A DNA stretch of 64,000 bases, from the NCBI GenBank assembly GCA_963702845.1, contig OY969763.1, positions 256,001 through 320,000 on the forward strand, read 5' to 3'. The notes below the pieces were generated by a model. That model was not told the DNA's origin and made no database searches. It worked only from the letters and a program-made list of their open reading frames with translations. This document shows positions 20,805 to 30,838 of this stretch, piece after piece (position 1 is the stretch's first letter; the number at the start of each line of letters is the position of its first letter). Origin of the DNA: an uncultured Verrucomicrobiae bacterium. Lineage in GTDB: Bacteria; Verrucomicrobiota; Verrucomicrobiia; Limisphaerales; Palsa-1400. A program made the translations under genes and the position numbers.

Positions 20805-22937
20805 ATGAATACCGTCGTTCCAATCCTCTTCGCGGCCATACGCGCCGGGGGATTCGATGCGCTAATGGCCGCTGCTCTCTTGATGGTGGTCGTGGCGGTG
20901 ATCGTCGTTTGGTGGGCGAATCGAGCGGTGAGCGGCGCCGCGCGGGCCATCTATGAAAGTGAGGGGCGGGCGCGCCGGCAGCTTTCAGAGTTGGAAGCAA
21001 TCTATCGGACGAATACGGACATCACGGAACGCAACCGCGCGGACCTGGTATTGCAGCAAGGTGATTTGACGCAAGAACGTACGGCCGCAGCTGCGTTGAG
21101 GCAAAGTGAACAACGTTACCGGGAGTTGTTTAATTCCATCGATGAAGGGTTCTGCGTCATTGAGATGATTTTTGACGAGGAGCAACGGCCCGTCGACTAC
21201 AAGTTTGTCGAGGTCAATCCGGCGTTCGCGCGGCAAACCGGACTGGTTGATGCGTGCGGCAAAAGAATGCGCGAGCTGGCGCCCGAACATGAGCAACATT
21301 GGTTCGATATTTACGGGAAGGTGGCGAAGACGGGCGAATCGGTTCGCTTTCAGCAGCATGGAGCCGCTCTGCACCGGTGGTTTGATGTGTATGCCTTTCG
21401 ACTCCGTGACAATGATCGGGTTGCCGTTCTCTTCACTGATGTGACCGAGCGGAAACGTTGGGAGGAAGCGTTGCGAGAGAGTGAAGAGCGATTCCGCACG
21501 CTCAGCGACAACATCGCCCAGCTTTCGTGGATGGCGAACCCGGATGGTTGGATTTTCTGGTACAATAAACGTTGGTACGATTACACGGGCACGACGCTTG
21601 AACAAATGCAGGGATGGGGAAGGGAACGGGTCCACCATCCAGACTACGCCAAGCGGGTGATCGAAAAATGGACCAGTCATCTGAAGAAGGGTACGCCGTG
21701 GGAGGACACGTTCCCATTACGCAGCAAAGACGGGCTTTATCGCTGGTTCTTGTCTCGTGCGTTTCCTATTCGTGATGCACGCGGACAGATTGTCAGGTGG
21801 TTTGGAACCAATACCGACATCACGGAACTAAGGGAGGTGCAGCAGACACTGACCGAACGGGAAGCGGTGTTGAAAGCTGTTACCGGCGAAGCGCACGTCG
21901 GGTTGGTGATGGTGGACAAAGACCGACGTTATCTATTTGCGAATCAAACCTACGCCGACATTCTGGGGTTGTCGGACGCCAATATCGTTGGCAAACGAGT
22001 GGCGGACGTTCTTCCGGATTTATACGAGGAACAGGTCAAACCGCGGCTGGATCGGGCGCTGTCCGGGGAACGGCTGACCTATGAGTTGCGGGTTCCGTCT
22101 CATTCCCGAACGGGTCACGAACACTTCTACGAAGTCATTTACGAACCGCGCCGGATTGAGAGCGGTTGCTACGTCGTCGTGGTTATCGTTGATGTGACGG
22201 AACGCAGGAAGGCGCAGGAATTCCTGGAACGGACGGTTGCGGAACGCACCAAGGAACTCAAAGACACCAACGAACAACTTGAAGCGTTCGTGTATTCGAT
22301 TGCTCACGATCTGCGAGCGCCGCTCCGCGCGATGCAGGGTTTCTCGGAACTGCTCCTCGAAGATAAGGGTTCGTTTCCTCCACAGGACGGACAGTTTCTG
22401 GAGCGGATCAGTCGCTCGGCCGACTACATGGACAGAATGCTGCTGGACCTGCTGGCGTTCGGTCGCGCCGCCCGTGCGGAAATCAAGCTCGAACCTATCG
22501 ACACGCAAAAGGTTTGGCAATCGGCAGTCTACCAATGCACGCGGCAAATTGAACAAACACGCGCAGAAATTGAAGTCCTAACACCATTGCTGCCGGTGCG
22601 TGCTCATGAACCGACGCTGACACAGGTGCTGGCAAATCTAATCTGTAACGGAATCAAATTTGTTGAGCCGGGCGTTGTTCCGTGCCTGCGATTTTGGACG
22701 GAAGACCACGGCGACACTGTTCGACTTTGGTTGCAGGACAACGGCATCGGCATCGAGACTCAATATCACGAGCGCATTTTCCGGGTGTTTGAACGATTGG
22801 AAGGGACGAAGTATGCCGGCACGGGTATCGGTCTATCGATCGTCAGAAAAGGTGTGCAGCGAATGAATGGGCAGCTCGGGATTGAATCTGAAGTGGGCAA
22901 GGGCACGCGATTTTGGATTGATCTGCCGAAGCCTTAA
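20805..22937 (+). CDS. PAS-domain sensor histidine kinase
   Basis: Three PAS/PAC units; H-box FVYSIAHDLRAPLR, N-box, DNGIGI and GTGIGL G-boxes. Confidence 0.93.
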   Translation: MNTVVPILFAAIRAGGFDALMAAALLMVVVAVIVVWWANRAVSGAARAIYESEGRARRQLSELEAIYRTNTDITERNRADLVLQQGDLTQERTAAAALRQSEQRYRELFNSIDEGFCVIEMIFDEEQRPVDYKFVEVNPAFARQTGLVDACGKRMRELAPEHEQHWFDIYGKVAKTGESVRFQQHGAALHRWFDVYAFRLRDNDRVAVLFTDVTERKRWEEALRESEERFRTLSDNIAQLSWMANPDGWIFWYNKRWYDYTGTTLEQMQGWGRERVHHPDYAKRVIEKWTSHLKKGTPWEDTFPLRSKDGLYRWFLSRAFPIRDARGQIVRWFGTNTDITELREVQQTLTEREAVLKAVTGEAHVGLVMVDKDRRYLFANQTYADILGLSDANIVGKRVADVLPDLYEEQVKPRLDRALSGERLTYELRVPSHSRTGHEHFYEVIYEPRRIESGCYVVVVIVDVTERRKAQEFLERTVAERTKELKDTNEQLEAFVYSIAHDLRAPLRAMQGFSELLLEDKGSFPPQDGQFLERISRSADYMDRMLLDLLAFGRAARAEIKLEPIDTQKVWQSAVYQCTRQIEQTRAEIEVLTPLLPVRAHEPTLTQVLANLICNGIKFVEPGVVPCLRFWTEDHGDTVRLWLQDNGIGIETQYHERIFRVFERLEGTKYAGTGIGLSIVRKGVQRMNGQLGIESEVGKGTRFWIDLPKP

Positions 22938-22969
22938 GATGAACCGGCAGGAGTGTCGAGCGCGGGGGT

Positions 22970-23401
22970 TCAGTCGTGGCCGAATTTGTCCTGGAGGAGT
23001 AACTTGAGATAGTGCGCCAGACGGGTGCAATGCGCGTCTTTGACGATGTATTCGGTGGCGCCAAGTTCGCGGGCTCGTGCGATGTTCTGCGGGAGCGCCG
23101 AGGCGGAATGCATAATAACGGGAAGGTTCTCGAATTGTTTTTGGCCGCGAATCCAGCGCAGTGTTTCAAAGCCATTGACGCCCGGTAACTCGGTATCGAG
23201 GACGACGACGTCGGGTTGAGGGAAGGCTTGCGGATTGATGTAGATGCTTTCACCGGTCAACCAGCCGATGACACTCGGGCCGTCGGGGACGACTCGGAAA
23301 TCAACTTGTGCGCCCAATGCCTTTGCCGATTGTTGGCAAAAGAAGGCGTCGTCCGGATTGTCTTCCGCACAGAGAACCACTTTATGTGCTATTCCCGCCA
23401 T
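22970..23401 (-). CDS. Single-domain response regulator (receiver)
   Basis: AEDNPDD, VLDTELPGVNG, LGATEYIVK. Confidence 0.9.
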   Translation of the reverse strand: MAGIAHKVVLCAEDNPDDAFFCQQSAKALGAQVDFRVVPDGPSVIGWLTGESIYINPQAFPQPDVVVLDTELPGVNGFETLRWIRGQKQFENLPVIMHSASALPQNIARARELGATEYIVKDAHCTRLAHYLKLLLQDKFGHD

Positions 23402-23443
23402 AGTTGCGATAATTGCTCTGAACCGTGGGCTTTAAGGGCGACG

Positions 23444-23473
23444 ACGATACGGGTAAGAAAACGGCAGTGTCAA
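23444..23473 (-). promoter_or_regulatory. Putative sigma70 promoter for the response regulator
   Basis: Minus strand TTGACA-N18-TATCGT, about 40 nt upstream of the start codon. Confidence 0.5.
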
Positions 23474-23639
23474 CCAATGAAATGCGGCTGTGCGATGAGT
23501 GGAATGGCGTCAGCCAACTAACGCCAAAGAGGCTAAGACCGGACCAACCTCAGTGGGGGCTGGTTCGGGCCGACTGGGCCTGAACGTATTTTGTGGTTGC
23601 CGAAAGTATTTGACAGTTTGCAATCTGGAGTATTCAATC

Positions 23640-24097
23640 ACGCCACTCCCCATGCCACTGAATCAAAACAGTGTAGCCATGGGTCAGGGAATTGGTATCC
23701 GTGGCCTATTTGAATTGCACGGTGTGTCCGCAACGACACTGGCCGTCGATTTCTGCTCAGTTGTTCCTCCGATCGCTCGAGCGCACTCTTCGCGGACTGA
23801 ACTCGTTTCACCGAGCCAGAGAAAAGGGTTGCTATCGTGCGCAATGACACGACGTTCACCATGGAGAATTTGTGACCGGACGACCGCCATCCATCGCTGG
23901 CCAATAACCCGGTCGCGGTTCTCCACCAGGCTATCCCGTCGAAGCGAGTTCACTGGGAGGTTTGTATCCGCCAGTGCCGTCCCATTTCATTTTTCCTTTG
24001 CGCCGACGTCCGACAACGGCGGCGCGTCCGGAAGGATCGCACGGATGTGCGACCAACCGTCGGCGCTATTGAGACATATAGCGCCGACGGATCTTTT
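23640..24097 (+). ncRNA. Candidate ~450-nt structured non-coding RNA of unknown class
   Basis: Many nested stems, including 12-bp and ~17-bp long-range helices, GNRA-type loops, an upstream TTGACA (23610) and a terminal 13-bp hairpin followed by ATCTTTT. No credible protein in any frame. Confidence 0.45.
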
Positions 24098-24176
24098 GGA
24101 TGCCCATTGAGCATCGCAGCACCGTTGACGGCGGATTGCGGCTTGTCAATCGAACTTAGTTTGGTATGACGCAGGT

Positions 24177-24614
24177 ATGAATTCCTCAAATTGTTGCGAA
24201 AAGTGGGCGCCGTGTGCCCGTGCGGTATTGCGGATTATCGTCGGGCTTTTATTTTTGCAACACGGGACACAAAAGTTGTTTGGATGGCCGATCCCCGGAC
24301 CCGCGCAGTTGAATTCCATGATGGCTTTCGGAGCATGGCTGGAGTTTGTGGGTGGGGTTTTGATGGTGCTTGGATTGTTCACGCGGCCGGTCGCGTTTAT
24401 TTTGTGCGGCGAAATGGCAGTGGCGTTTTGGACGGTCCACTTCAAAACGACTGCGCAATTGCCGCTGGTGAATAAAGGGGAGCTAGCGGTGCTTTATTGT
24501 TTCGTATTCTTCTATTTCATTTTTGCCGGAGCGGGATCGGCGAGTTTGGATAAGTTGATGTGTTGCGGAAGCCGAGGCAAGGGAGGGGACGCGGCTGGCG
24601 TGGGGGGGAAATAA
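24177..24614 (+). CDS. DoxX family membrane protein
   Basis: LRIIVGLLFLQHGTQKLFG, LGLFTRPVAFIL.GEMAVA, N.GELAVLY, GAG..SLD. Confidence 0.92.
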   Translation: MNSSNCCEKWAPCARAVLRIIVGLLFLQHGTQKLFGWPIPGPAQLNSMMAFGAWLEFVGGVLMVLGLFTRPVAFILCGEMAVAFWTVHFKTTAQLPLVNKGELAVLYCFVFFYFIFAGAGSASLDKLMCCGSRGKGGDAAGVGGK

Positions 24615-24642
24615 AGACAAGCCGTGAGGCGGTAGATGGGAA

Positions 24643-24674
24643 TAAAAAAAGCGCGAACGGGTTCGTTCGCGCTT
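24643..24674 (-). terminator. Intrinsic terminator between DoxX and DUF5069 (possibly bidirectional)
   Basis: A7 then AAGCGCGAACG-GGTT-CGTTCGCGCTT; U-tract on the minus strand. Confidence 0.8.
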
Positions 24675-24717
24675 GGGATTGAACAGCGCGGTGAGCCGCG
24701 CGTTAAACTTTTGTGAT

Positions 24718-25176
24718 TTACGGTTTACCGCCGAATGAGCAGTAATCGTCCAAATCCATCAGGTCGAACCAGGCTTTGATGTCTTCGCGAGTGGAACTGA
24801 ACTTTTTCACAGCATCTGTGAAGTAGGTGGCAGTTTCGACGTCGCTGTCGGGGGTGCGATGTAGGTGATAGTTGTTCCACGCTTCGATTTCCCATGGTTG
24901 ACGCAGCGTTTTTGCATTTTCCTGGACCCAAGCGAGGAGTTCGCCGTCCCCGAGACCTTTGGCGGCCTCTTGTTTGAAAGCTTCGTGATCGATGCCGACG
25001 AAGGTAAAGAAATGTCGGTCCATGCCTTTGCCTGCGTAATGGTAATCGCCGAGTTTCCCGGCAGCGGCAGCGCGGGCTTTGTCGATGATCCGGGGAAACA
25101 TGACGTAACCGCCGAGTTGGCAACGCGGGCTGCGCGGAGGACGTTGGGTGAGGTCGATAGAAAAAGATGTTGGCAT
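24718..25176 (-). CDS. DUF5069 domain protein
   Basis: DLTQRPPRSPR..LGGY...PR.IDKARA...GKLGDYHY...MD..FF.F.GI; C-terminal FDLMDLDD. Confidence 0.85.
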   Translation of the reverse strand: MPTSFSIDLTQRPPRSPRCQLGGYVMFPRIIDKARAAAAGKLGDYHYAGKGMDRHFFTFVGIDHEAFKQEAAKGLGDGELLAWVQENAKTLRQPWEIEAWNNYHLHRTPDSDVETATYFTDAVKKFSSTREDIKAWFDLMDLDDYCSFGGKP

Positions 25177-25219
25177 AGGGAACTTGTTTCGTTCAAATCA
25201 GGCGACCTGTCAAATGCGC

Positions 25220-25250
25220 AAAAAAAAGCGCGGACTATTACGTCCGCGCT
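25220..25250 (-). terminator. Rho-independent terminator
   Basis: A8 then AGCGCGGAC-TATTAC-GTCCGCGCT, downstream of the minus-strand gene ending at 25275. Confidence 0.85.
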
Positions 25251-25274
25251 CGAATTGAAATCTTAGGCTTTCAG

Positions 25275-25907
25275 TTAATGATGATGGCCGCCACCGCCGC
25301 CATGCCAACCGCCGCTACCCCAGCCTCCGTGCCCACCGTGCCAACCGCCGCCCCAATGACTACCCCAGCCGAAGCCGAAGTTCAGCGAGACGGGAGCCCC
25401 GTAGTAATATGATCCGCCGTAGTAAGGATAATAAGGATAGCCGTAGGCATATGATGGACTTGAATAAACAACCTGGGGCTGCGTGACCACAGTTGTCGGA
25501 TTCGGCGGATTTACCATGGTGGTCTGCGGTTGCTGCGCGACGGGCTGCTGTTGAACGGGCGCAGGAGTTTCGGCGACCACGACGGTATTGCGCGCTTTGG
25601 TCATCATCGCAGAAATGACATCTTCGGGAACGCCGACGTTGTGCAGGTAAACGATGTCGTCTGCCCTCAGATGAAAGGATAAATCGGCGTTAATTACGTA
25701 GTTCAGCAGCACATCTTTGCTAATCCCAGCCTGCTGAAGCTTAAGCACTTGTGTGATTCCAAAGGCGAGATCAGGCGGTGCGCTTGGCACCGAAGCCGAA
25801 ACGGATGCGACAGGGGTTTGAACCGTTGCCGATGCCGGCTGCGCGGATGCAGCGCAAACTAGCGAAGCGACGATTGCGATTGGAATGAGATATTTTAAAG
25901 TTTTCAT
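25275..25907 (-). CDS. Secreted hypothetical protein with a Pro/Tyr-rich region and Gly/Trp/His-rich tail
   Basis: Signal peptide MKTLKYLIPIAIVASLVCAASA; helical domain (VLKLQQAGIS...L.ADDIVYLH..GV...VI.AM); GWHGG repeats. Confidence 0.75.
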   Translation of the reverse strand: MKTLKYLIPIAIVASLVCAASAQPASATVQTPVASVSASVPSAPPDLAFGITQVLKLQQAGISKDVLLNYVINADLSFHLRADDIVYLHNVGVPEDVISAMMTKARNTVVVAETPAPVQQQPVAQQPQTTMVNPPNPTTVVTQPQVVYSSPSYAYGYPYYPYYGGSYYYGAPVSLNFGFGWGSHWGGGWHGGHGGWGSGGWHGGGGGHHH

Positions 25908-26310
25908 GGGCACGAACGTTACTGAGTTTGACGACAATAAAACCTAATGTATTCGGGGTCGTTTGTGAAGTATCAGGTCAGCAAAACTCCTTATTTAATG
26001 CCCGTTTATTCCGGTTTTGGTATAGGACAATTCCCACAGTGCCCCTACGGTTGCGTGGGGCAAACCCTTACAATTTTTTCGTCGGAACTGTCCCGTTTTT
26101 AGAATTTAGATGTTGCAGCATTTCTAATTATTTGACTATAGTCATCGCTTGCTGGGTAAATTTTCCAGCACACGCATGGGGCCTCCGATTCGGGGAGGCA
26201 AATTGAGACGGATAGACAGGCTAGAGCAGTGGCGTCGCGCCATATAAAAGCCTGTAAAACAAGATATAACGTATTTTATCGCGACCGGTGGATATAACTC
26301 ATCCCGGATC

Positions 26311-26898
26311 ATGCAGCTTGTATCGGAAGCGTGGTATTGCGCACGCACAAAACCAAAACACGAACATCTCGTGGCGGCGAATTTGCGCCAAAACCACGGG
26401 TTGCGTGTTTTCCATCCGCGTTTGCGGTTGGAGCGGTCAACACAAAGAGGAGTTGTGAGGGTGGTGGAATCTCTGTTCCCATGCTACCTCTTCGTCCGAT
26501 GTAACGTGGAACTGAAAGCTGATGATATAAGGTATGTTTCCGGTATGAGCAGCCTGGTGCGATTCGGAGATAAAATTGCGGTCGTGCCGGATGGTGTCAT
26601 TAATGAACTTGCGGAATCCTTCCTGAGCAACGAGCCGTTGGCGGTGGAGGATCAATTGAATAGCGGCACCGAAGTCACCGTCGCAGGTGGGGCATTTATG
26701 GGTTTTAACGGCATTGTATTGCGCGTTTTGCCGGCGAAGCAGCGCGTGCAGGTTTTATTAGATTTTTTGGGCAGGTCTACTGTGGCTGAGGTGGACCGAA
26801 TTAGTTTAAAGACCGATCGGCGTCTTGCCGATCTGGTCCCGACATTGGCGGCGACGGGTTTAATCTCGGTCGCGGCCAGTTTGTCACAACATAAATAG
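26311..26898 (+). CDS. NusG/RfaH/UpxY-family transcription antiterminator, first gene of the EPS locus
   Basis: WYCARTKPKHE, LFPCYLFV (NGN domain); V.VAGGAFMGFNGIV...QRVQVLLDFLGR (KOW domain). Confidence 0.92.
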   Translation: MQLVSEAWYCARTKPKHEHLVAANLRQNHGLRVFHPRLRLERSTQRGVVRVVESLFPCYLFVRCNVELKADDIRYVSGMSSLVRFGDKIAVVPDGVINELAESFLSNEPLAVEDQLNSGTEVTVAGGAFMGFNGIVLRVLPAKQRVQVLLDFLGRSTVAEVDRISLKTDRRLADLVPTLAATGLISVAASLSQHK

Positions 26899-27161
26899 TG
26901 ATTCAGAGGAAAAACGGGGCGACGAGTCGAAAGTTGGAAAACTTAGTGTTTTTCTACAAGTGCGGAGCCTTATCTGAAACAAGTTTCACCGGTTTAGAAA
27001 AAAAGCATTGGGCAGAGACATCAGTTACTTCTATAGACCACTACAGAGAACCTTCAGGGGCAGTTCGCAGGTTCTCAAATCTTCTTACTAACGGAGTTTG
27101 TAGTCCTCGTTTTCTTCGAGGAATTTACATTGTTTTCCCCCTTCAATCCGGAGGTCAATTC

Positions 27162-27934
27162 TTGAATACTTTTCATTCACATATTTCCCAAAACGTTGAT
27201 TCTCAACGGAACTTTGAAGCGGTTCCGCAATGGAAACGGTTTTTGGACATCACAATTATCGTGCTCGCGGCGCCCGTGATTTTGCCCGTCGGCGCACTGA
27301 TTGCGTTGATCATCAAAGTTCTTTCGCCCGGGCCGGTGTTCTTTTATCAGGAACGCGTCGGCCATTTAGAAAAGAAGTTTCGGTGCATCAAGTTTCGGAC
27401 AATGCGGGTGAATGCTGGAACTCAGGTACACGCCGCGCATTTGGCGGACCTCATTTCCTCGAACCAACCGATGACAAAATTGGATACGACCGATTGCGCG
27501 TGTCATTCCATTTGGCCGCGCTGCTGCGAGCGTGCGGTCTGGATGAATTGCCACAAATTTTGAATGTCTTGAAAGGGGAGATGAGTTTGGTCGGCCCGCG
27601 GCCGTGCGTGCCATATGAATTTGAGAAGTATCTGCCGAGGCATCGTGGCCGTTGCGCGACATTGCCGGGTTTGACAGGGCTTTGGCAGGTGAGCGGAAAG
27701 AACCGCACGACTTTTGAAGAGATGATTGATTTAGACCTGGATTATTGCCGGAAGAAATCGTTGTGGATGGATGTGAAAATCATCGCCATGACGATTCCGG
27801 CGATTTTCGTCCAAGTTTGGGACACGCTAAAACGAAAAGCAGCGGCGCGACACGCTCACAACGAGAGCCCACGGGGAGACAAGCGGGCCTGCATAAACCA
27901 AGTGGTCATACACCAATGGTGCATCGGGAAGTGA
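27162..27934 (+). CDS. Priming sugar transferase (Bac_transf, undecaprenyl-phosphate glycosylphosphotransferase); indels at ~27490-27515
   Basis: GGAGG then TTG at 27162; KRFLDI, GPVFFYQERVG, KFRTM, LDELPQILNVLKGEMSLVGPRP, PGLTGLWQVSG. Removing two single bases restores DARVIPFGALLR. Confidence 0.88.
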
Positions 27935-28015
27935 CGTCTGAAAAACGGGCAGGCCTCGGAGGTAACGGCTCGTTGGAGCAAAACTAACGAAACTGCATTA
28001 CTAACGAGAGAAATT

Positions 28016-29149
28016 ATGTCAAAACCAATTAAAGTGGGTGTTGTCGGGTGTGGCTATTGGGGCCCGAACCTCATTCGCAATTTCCGGGCGTTGCCGGATT
28101 GCAGCCTGAAGATGATGTGCGACTTGAGCCAGGAGCGGCTGAAGCATCTACGCACGCTTTACCCTGAGGTGAAGGGCGAGACGGATTTTAATCACATGCT
28201 CAACGGCGCGGGGCTGGACGCCGTTGTGATCGCCACCGCGGTCAAATTGCACTTCCCGATGGCGAAGGCTGCGCTGCTGGCCGGCAAACATACTTTCATT
28301 GAAAAGCCGATGGCTTCTTCCTCGGAGCAATGCGCGGAGTTGATCGAGATCGCCGAGAAGAAGGGGCTGACGTTGATGATCGGGCATACGTTCCTTTACT
28401 CTCCGGCGGTGAAGAAGATTAAGGAGATCGTGCGGAACGGGGACATTGGCGACATCCGCTACATTTCGGCGCGCCGATTGAATCTTGGTTTGTTCCAGAA
28501 GGACATCAACGTCGCGTGGGATCTCGCGCCGCATGATTTGTCGATCATCCTGGATATTATGGGTGAGGCGCCGTTGAGCGTCAATTGCCGCGGCAGCGCG
28601 CACGTCACGCCTGGGATTGAGGACGTGACATCGATGTGTTTGACGTTCCGCAATGATCGCTCGGCTCTGGTTCAGAGCAGTTGGCTGGATCCGCGCAAGG
28701 TCCGCGAAATGACGATCGTCGGCAGCAAGCGAATGATCGTTTATGATGATGTCGAGCCGCTGGAAAAAATTCGCATCTTCGACGCGCGCGTGGAACGTCC
28801 ACCGCATTACGATACTTTCGCGGAATTCCACTACGCATATCACTACGGCGACGTTTACGTTCCGTACATCAAGCAGGAAGAGCCGCTGCGCTCGGAATGC
28901 CAGCATTTCCTGGATTGCATCCGCGACGGCAAACAGCCGACCACGAACGGCCGCCAGGGAATGGAACTCGTGAAAATTCTCGAAGCGGCTTCGTTGTCGC
29001 TTGCGGAACGCGGCAGCCCAGTGCGCCTCGCGCACGGCGGCGCGTGGCATGTTCAACGTCCGGCCGGTATCGAACGGGTCAAGCCCGTGGTGCCTGTCAA
29101 CGGCGTCCGTCGCAATGGCGGCGCTCGTAAAGACGTCGACGTCGCTTAA
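28016..29149 (+). CDS. Gfo/Idh/MocA family oxidoreductase (WbpB-like nucleotide-sugar dehydrogenase)
   Basis: GCGYWG, EKPMA, WDLAPHD. Confidence 0.9.
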   Translation: MSKPIKVGVVGCGYWGPNLIRNFRALPDCSLKMMCDLSQERLKHLRTLYPEVKGETDFNHMLNGAGLDAVVIATAVKLHFPMAKAALLAGKHTFIEKPMASSSEQCAELIEIAEKKGLTLMIGHTFLYSPAVKKIKEIVRNGDIGDIRYISARRLNLGLFQKDINVAWDLAPHDLSIILDIMGEAPLSVNCRGSAHVTPGIEDVTSMCLTFRNDRSALVQSSWLDPRKVREMTIVGSKRMIVYDDVEPLEKIRIFDARVERPPHYDTFAEFHYAYHYGDVYVPYIKQEEPLRSECQHFLDCIRDGKQPTTNGRQGMELVKILEAASLSLAERGSPVRLAHGGAWHVQRPAGIERVKPVVPVNGVRRNGGARKDVDVA

Positions 29150-29164
29150 TTGATTCCCCATTTT

Positions 29165-29208
29165 GGAGGACCGAGTTGCACCCGTGACCCGGTCCTCCGT
29201 CTTTATTT
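29165..29208 (+). terminator. Terminator-like hairpin inside the EPS operon
   Basis: GGAGGACCG...CGGTCCTCC followed by GTCTTTATTT. Confidence 0.45.
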
Positions 29209-29209
29209 C

Positions 29210-29695
29210 ATGCAAGCTTCCCAGCCAAATCAGCAGATCGCACCAAGCGTAAAGCTCGGTAAAGACGTGCGAATTTTTGGGTTCACCAATCTTTACGGAT
29301 GTGAAATTGGGGACGAATCGAAGGTGGGTACGTTCGTAGAAATTCAAAAAGGCGCGAAGGTCGGCAAGCGCTGCAAGATTTCGAGCCACAGTTTTATTTG
29401 CGAGGGTGTGACGATTGAAGATGAGGTGTTCGTCGGTCACAATGTCACATTCATCAATGATCTTTTTCCGCGCGCGACGAGTGACGGGCAGCTCCAGACG
29501 GAAGCGGATTGGAAGTGCATTCCGACATTGGTGAAGAAGGGCGCGTCGATCGGTTCGAGCGTGACCATCCTTTGCGGAATAACGATCGGAGAAGGCGCAA
29601 TGATCGGTGCGGGGAGCATGGTGACGAAGGATGTTCCAGCGGGCGCGGTGGTGGCGGGCAATCCGGCCAGGGTGGTTCGGCTAGGTAAGAAATAG
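29210..29695 (+). CDS. Hexapeptide-repeat N-acetyltransferase (WbpD/FdtC-like)
   Basis: Left-handed beta-helix repeats; FIND.FPR, GAGSMVTKDVP....AGNPAR. Confidence 0.9.
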   Translation: MQASQPNQQIAPSVKLGKDVRIFGFTNLYGCEIGDESKVGTFVEIQKGAKVGKRCKISSHSFICEGVTIEDEVFVGHNVTFINDLFPRATSDGQLQTEADWKCIPTLVKKGASIGSSVTILCGITIGEGAMIGAGSMVTKDVPAGAVVAGNPARVVRLGKK

Positions 29696-29725
29696 CAGCA
29701 AGTTGAGCATTAATTATTTAAGCAG

Positions 29726-30838
29726 ATGAAAGTTCCATTTTTAGATTTGAAAGCCCATCACGCGCCGATTCGCGAGCAGTTGGATGCCGCGATTGCGGAG
29801 GTGGTGGATTGTGGTGCGTTTGCAGGCGGGCCGTATGTGGCGGCGTTCGAAAAGGATTTTGCGGCTTATTGCGGGACCCAATTCACGGTGGGCGTCGGCA
29901 ACGGCACGGATGCATTGTGGTTCGCGCTGCTCGCGATGGGAGTGGGTGTCGGTGACGAAGTCATCACGGTGCCGAGCACGTTTATGGCGACCGCCGAAGC
30001 GATCAGCTTTACGGGTGCGAAGCCGGTGTTCGTGGATATCTCGGAGGAGACTTACACGATGGACCCGGCGTTGTTGGAACGCGCGATTACGCCGAAAACC
30101 AAAGCGATTGTGCCGGTTCATTTGTTCGGTCAGATCGCGGACATGGACCCGATTTTGGCGATTGCGAAGGCGCATAATATTCCGGTGCTTGAAGATGCCT
30201 GCCAGGCGCATGGCGCTGAATACAAAGGCAAGCGCGCGGGCACTTTGGGCGCGGCTGGTGCGTTTAGTTTTTATCCCGGTAAAAATCTCGGAGCGCTCGG
30301 TGAAGCGGGCGGGACGGTTACGAATGATGCAGCGTTGGCGAAAACGATGCAGGTGTTGCGCGATCATGGTCAGGAAGCCAAATACCATCATTCGCACATT
30401 GGTTGGAACGGTCGCATGGATGGAATCCAGGGCGCGGTCTTGCGTGTGAAACTGAAAAGTTTGGATAAGGGCAATGCGGCCCGACGCGAGCATGCCAAAC
30501 AATACGGGGAATTGCTGGGCGGTTGTGCAGATATCGTGCTGCCGAAGGAAGCCTCCTACGGCAAACATGTTTATCACGTGTATGCGATTCGCGTGAAGAA
30601 CCGGGACGCGGTGCTCAAGGCAATGAACGATCTCGGCATCAGTTGTGGGATTCATTACCCGGTGCCGGTGCATCTTACGAAAGCTTACGCAAGTCTCGGG
30701 CTCGGGCGTGGTTCGTTCCCCGTTGCCGAGAAATGCGCCGATGAATTTTTGTCTTTACCAATGTTTCCAGAATTGACCCGCGAGCAGATTGCTGTCGTCG
30801 CTGAGGTCCTCCAACAGGTGTTGCACAAGGTCAACTGA
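29726..30838 (+). CDS. DegT/DnrJ/EryC1/StrS aminotransferase (WbpE/FdtB-like)
   Basis: NGTDAL, EDACQAHG, FSFYPGKNLG, GIHYP.P.H. Confidence 0.93.
   Translation: MKVPFLDLKAHHAPIREQLDAAIAEVVDCGAFAGGPYVAAFEKDFAAYCGTQFTVGVGNGTDALWFALLAMGVGVGDEVITVPSTFMATAEAISFTGAKPVFVDISEETYTMDPALLERAITPKTKAIVPVHLFGQIADMDPILAIAKAHNIPVLEDACQAHGAEYKGKRAGTLGAAGAFSFYPGKNLGALGEAGGTVTNDAALAKTMQVLRDHGQEAKYHHSHIGWNGRMDGIQGAVLRVKLKSLDKGNAARREHAKQYGELLGGCADIVLPKEASYGKHVYHVYAIRVKNRDAVLKAMNDLGISCGIHYPVPVHLTKAYASLGLGRGSFPVAEKCADEFLSLPMFPELTREQIAVVAEVLQQVLHKVN

Noticed and set aside
23680..23825. Cobalamin riboswitch (AGGGAA, CCGCAAC, GAGCCAGA fragments)
   Set aside because: It lacks the T-loop hairpin after AGGGAA and the GGGAAG element, and the downstream gene is not B12-related. 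Only cmscan could exclude a variant.
24020..24045. SRP RNA (GTCCGGAAGGA)
   Set aside because: The flanks lack the conserved CAGG...AGCAGC internal loop.
23499..24110. 203-aa ORF as a protein-coding gene
   Set aside because: Arg/Ser-rich composition with no recognisable domain; the region is better explained by RNA structure.
24628..24640. ops element GGCGGTAG
   Set aside because: It lies after doxX, about 1.7 kb upstream of the EPS operon, and is separated from it by a terminator and two opposite-strand genes; likely chance.
26055..26100. c-di-GMP-I riboswitch (GGCAAACC)
   Set aside because: There is no following GAAA-capped stem or GACGCAAAGC motif.
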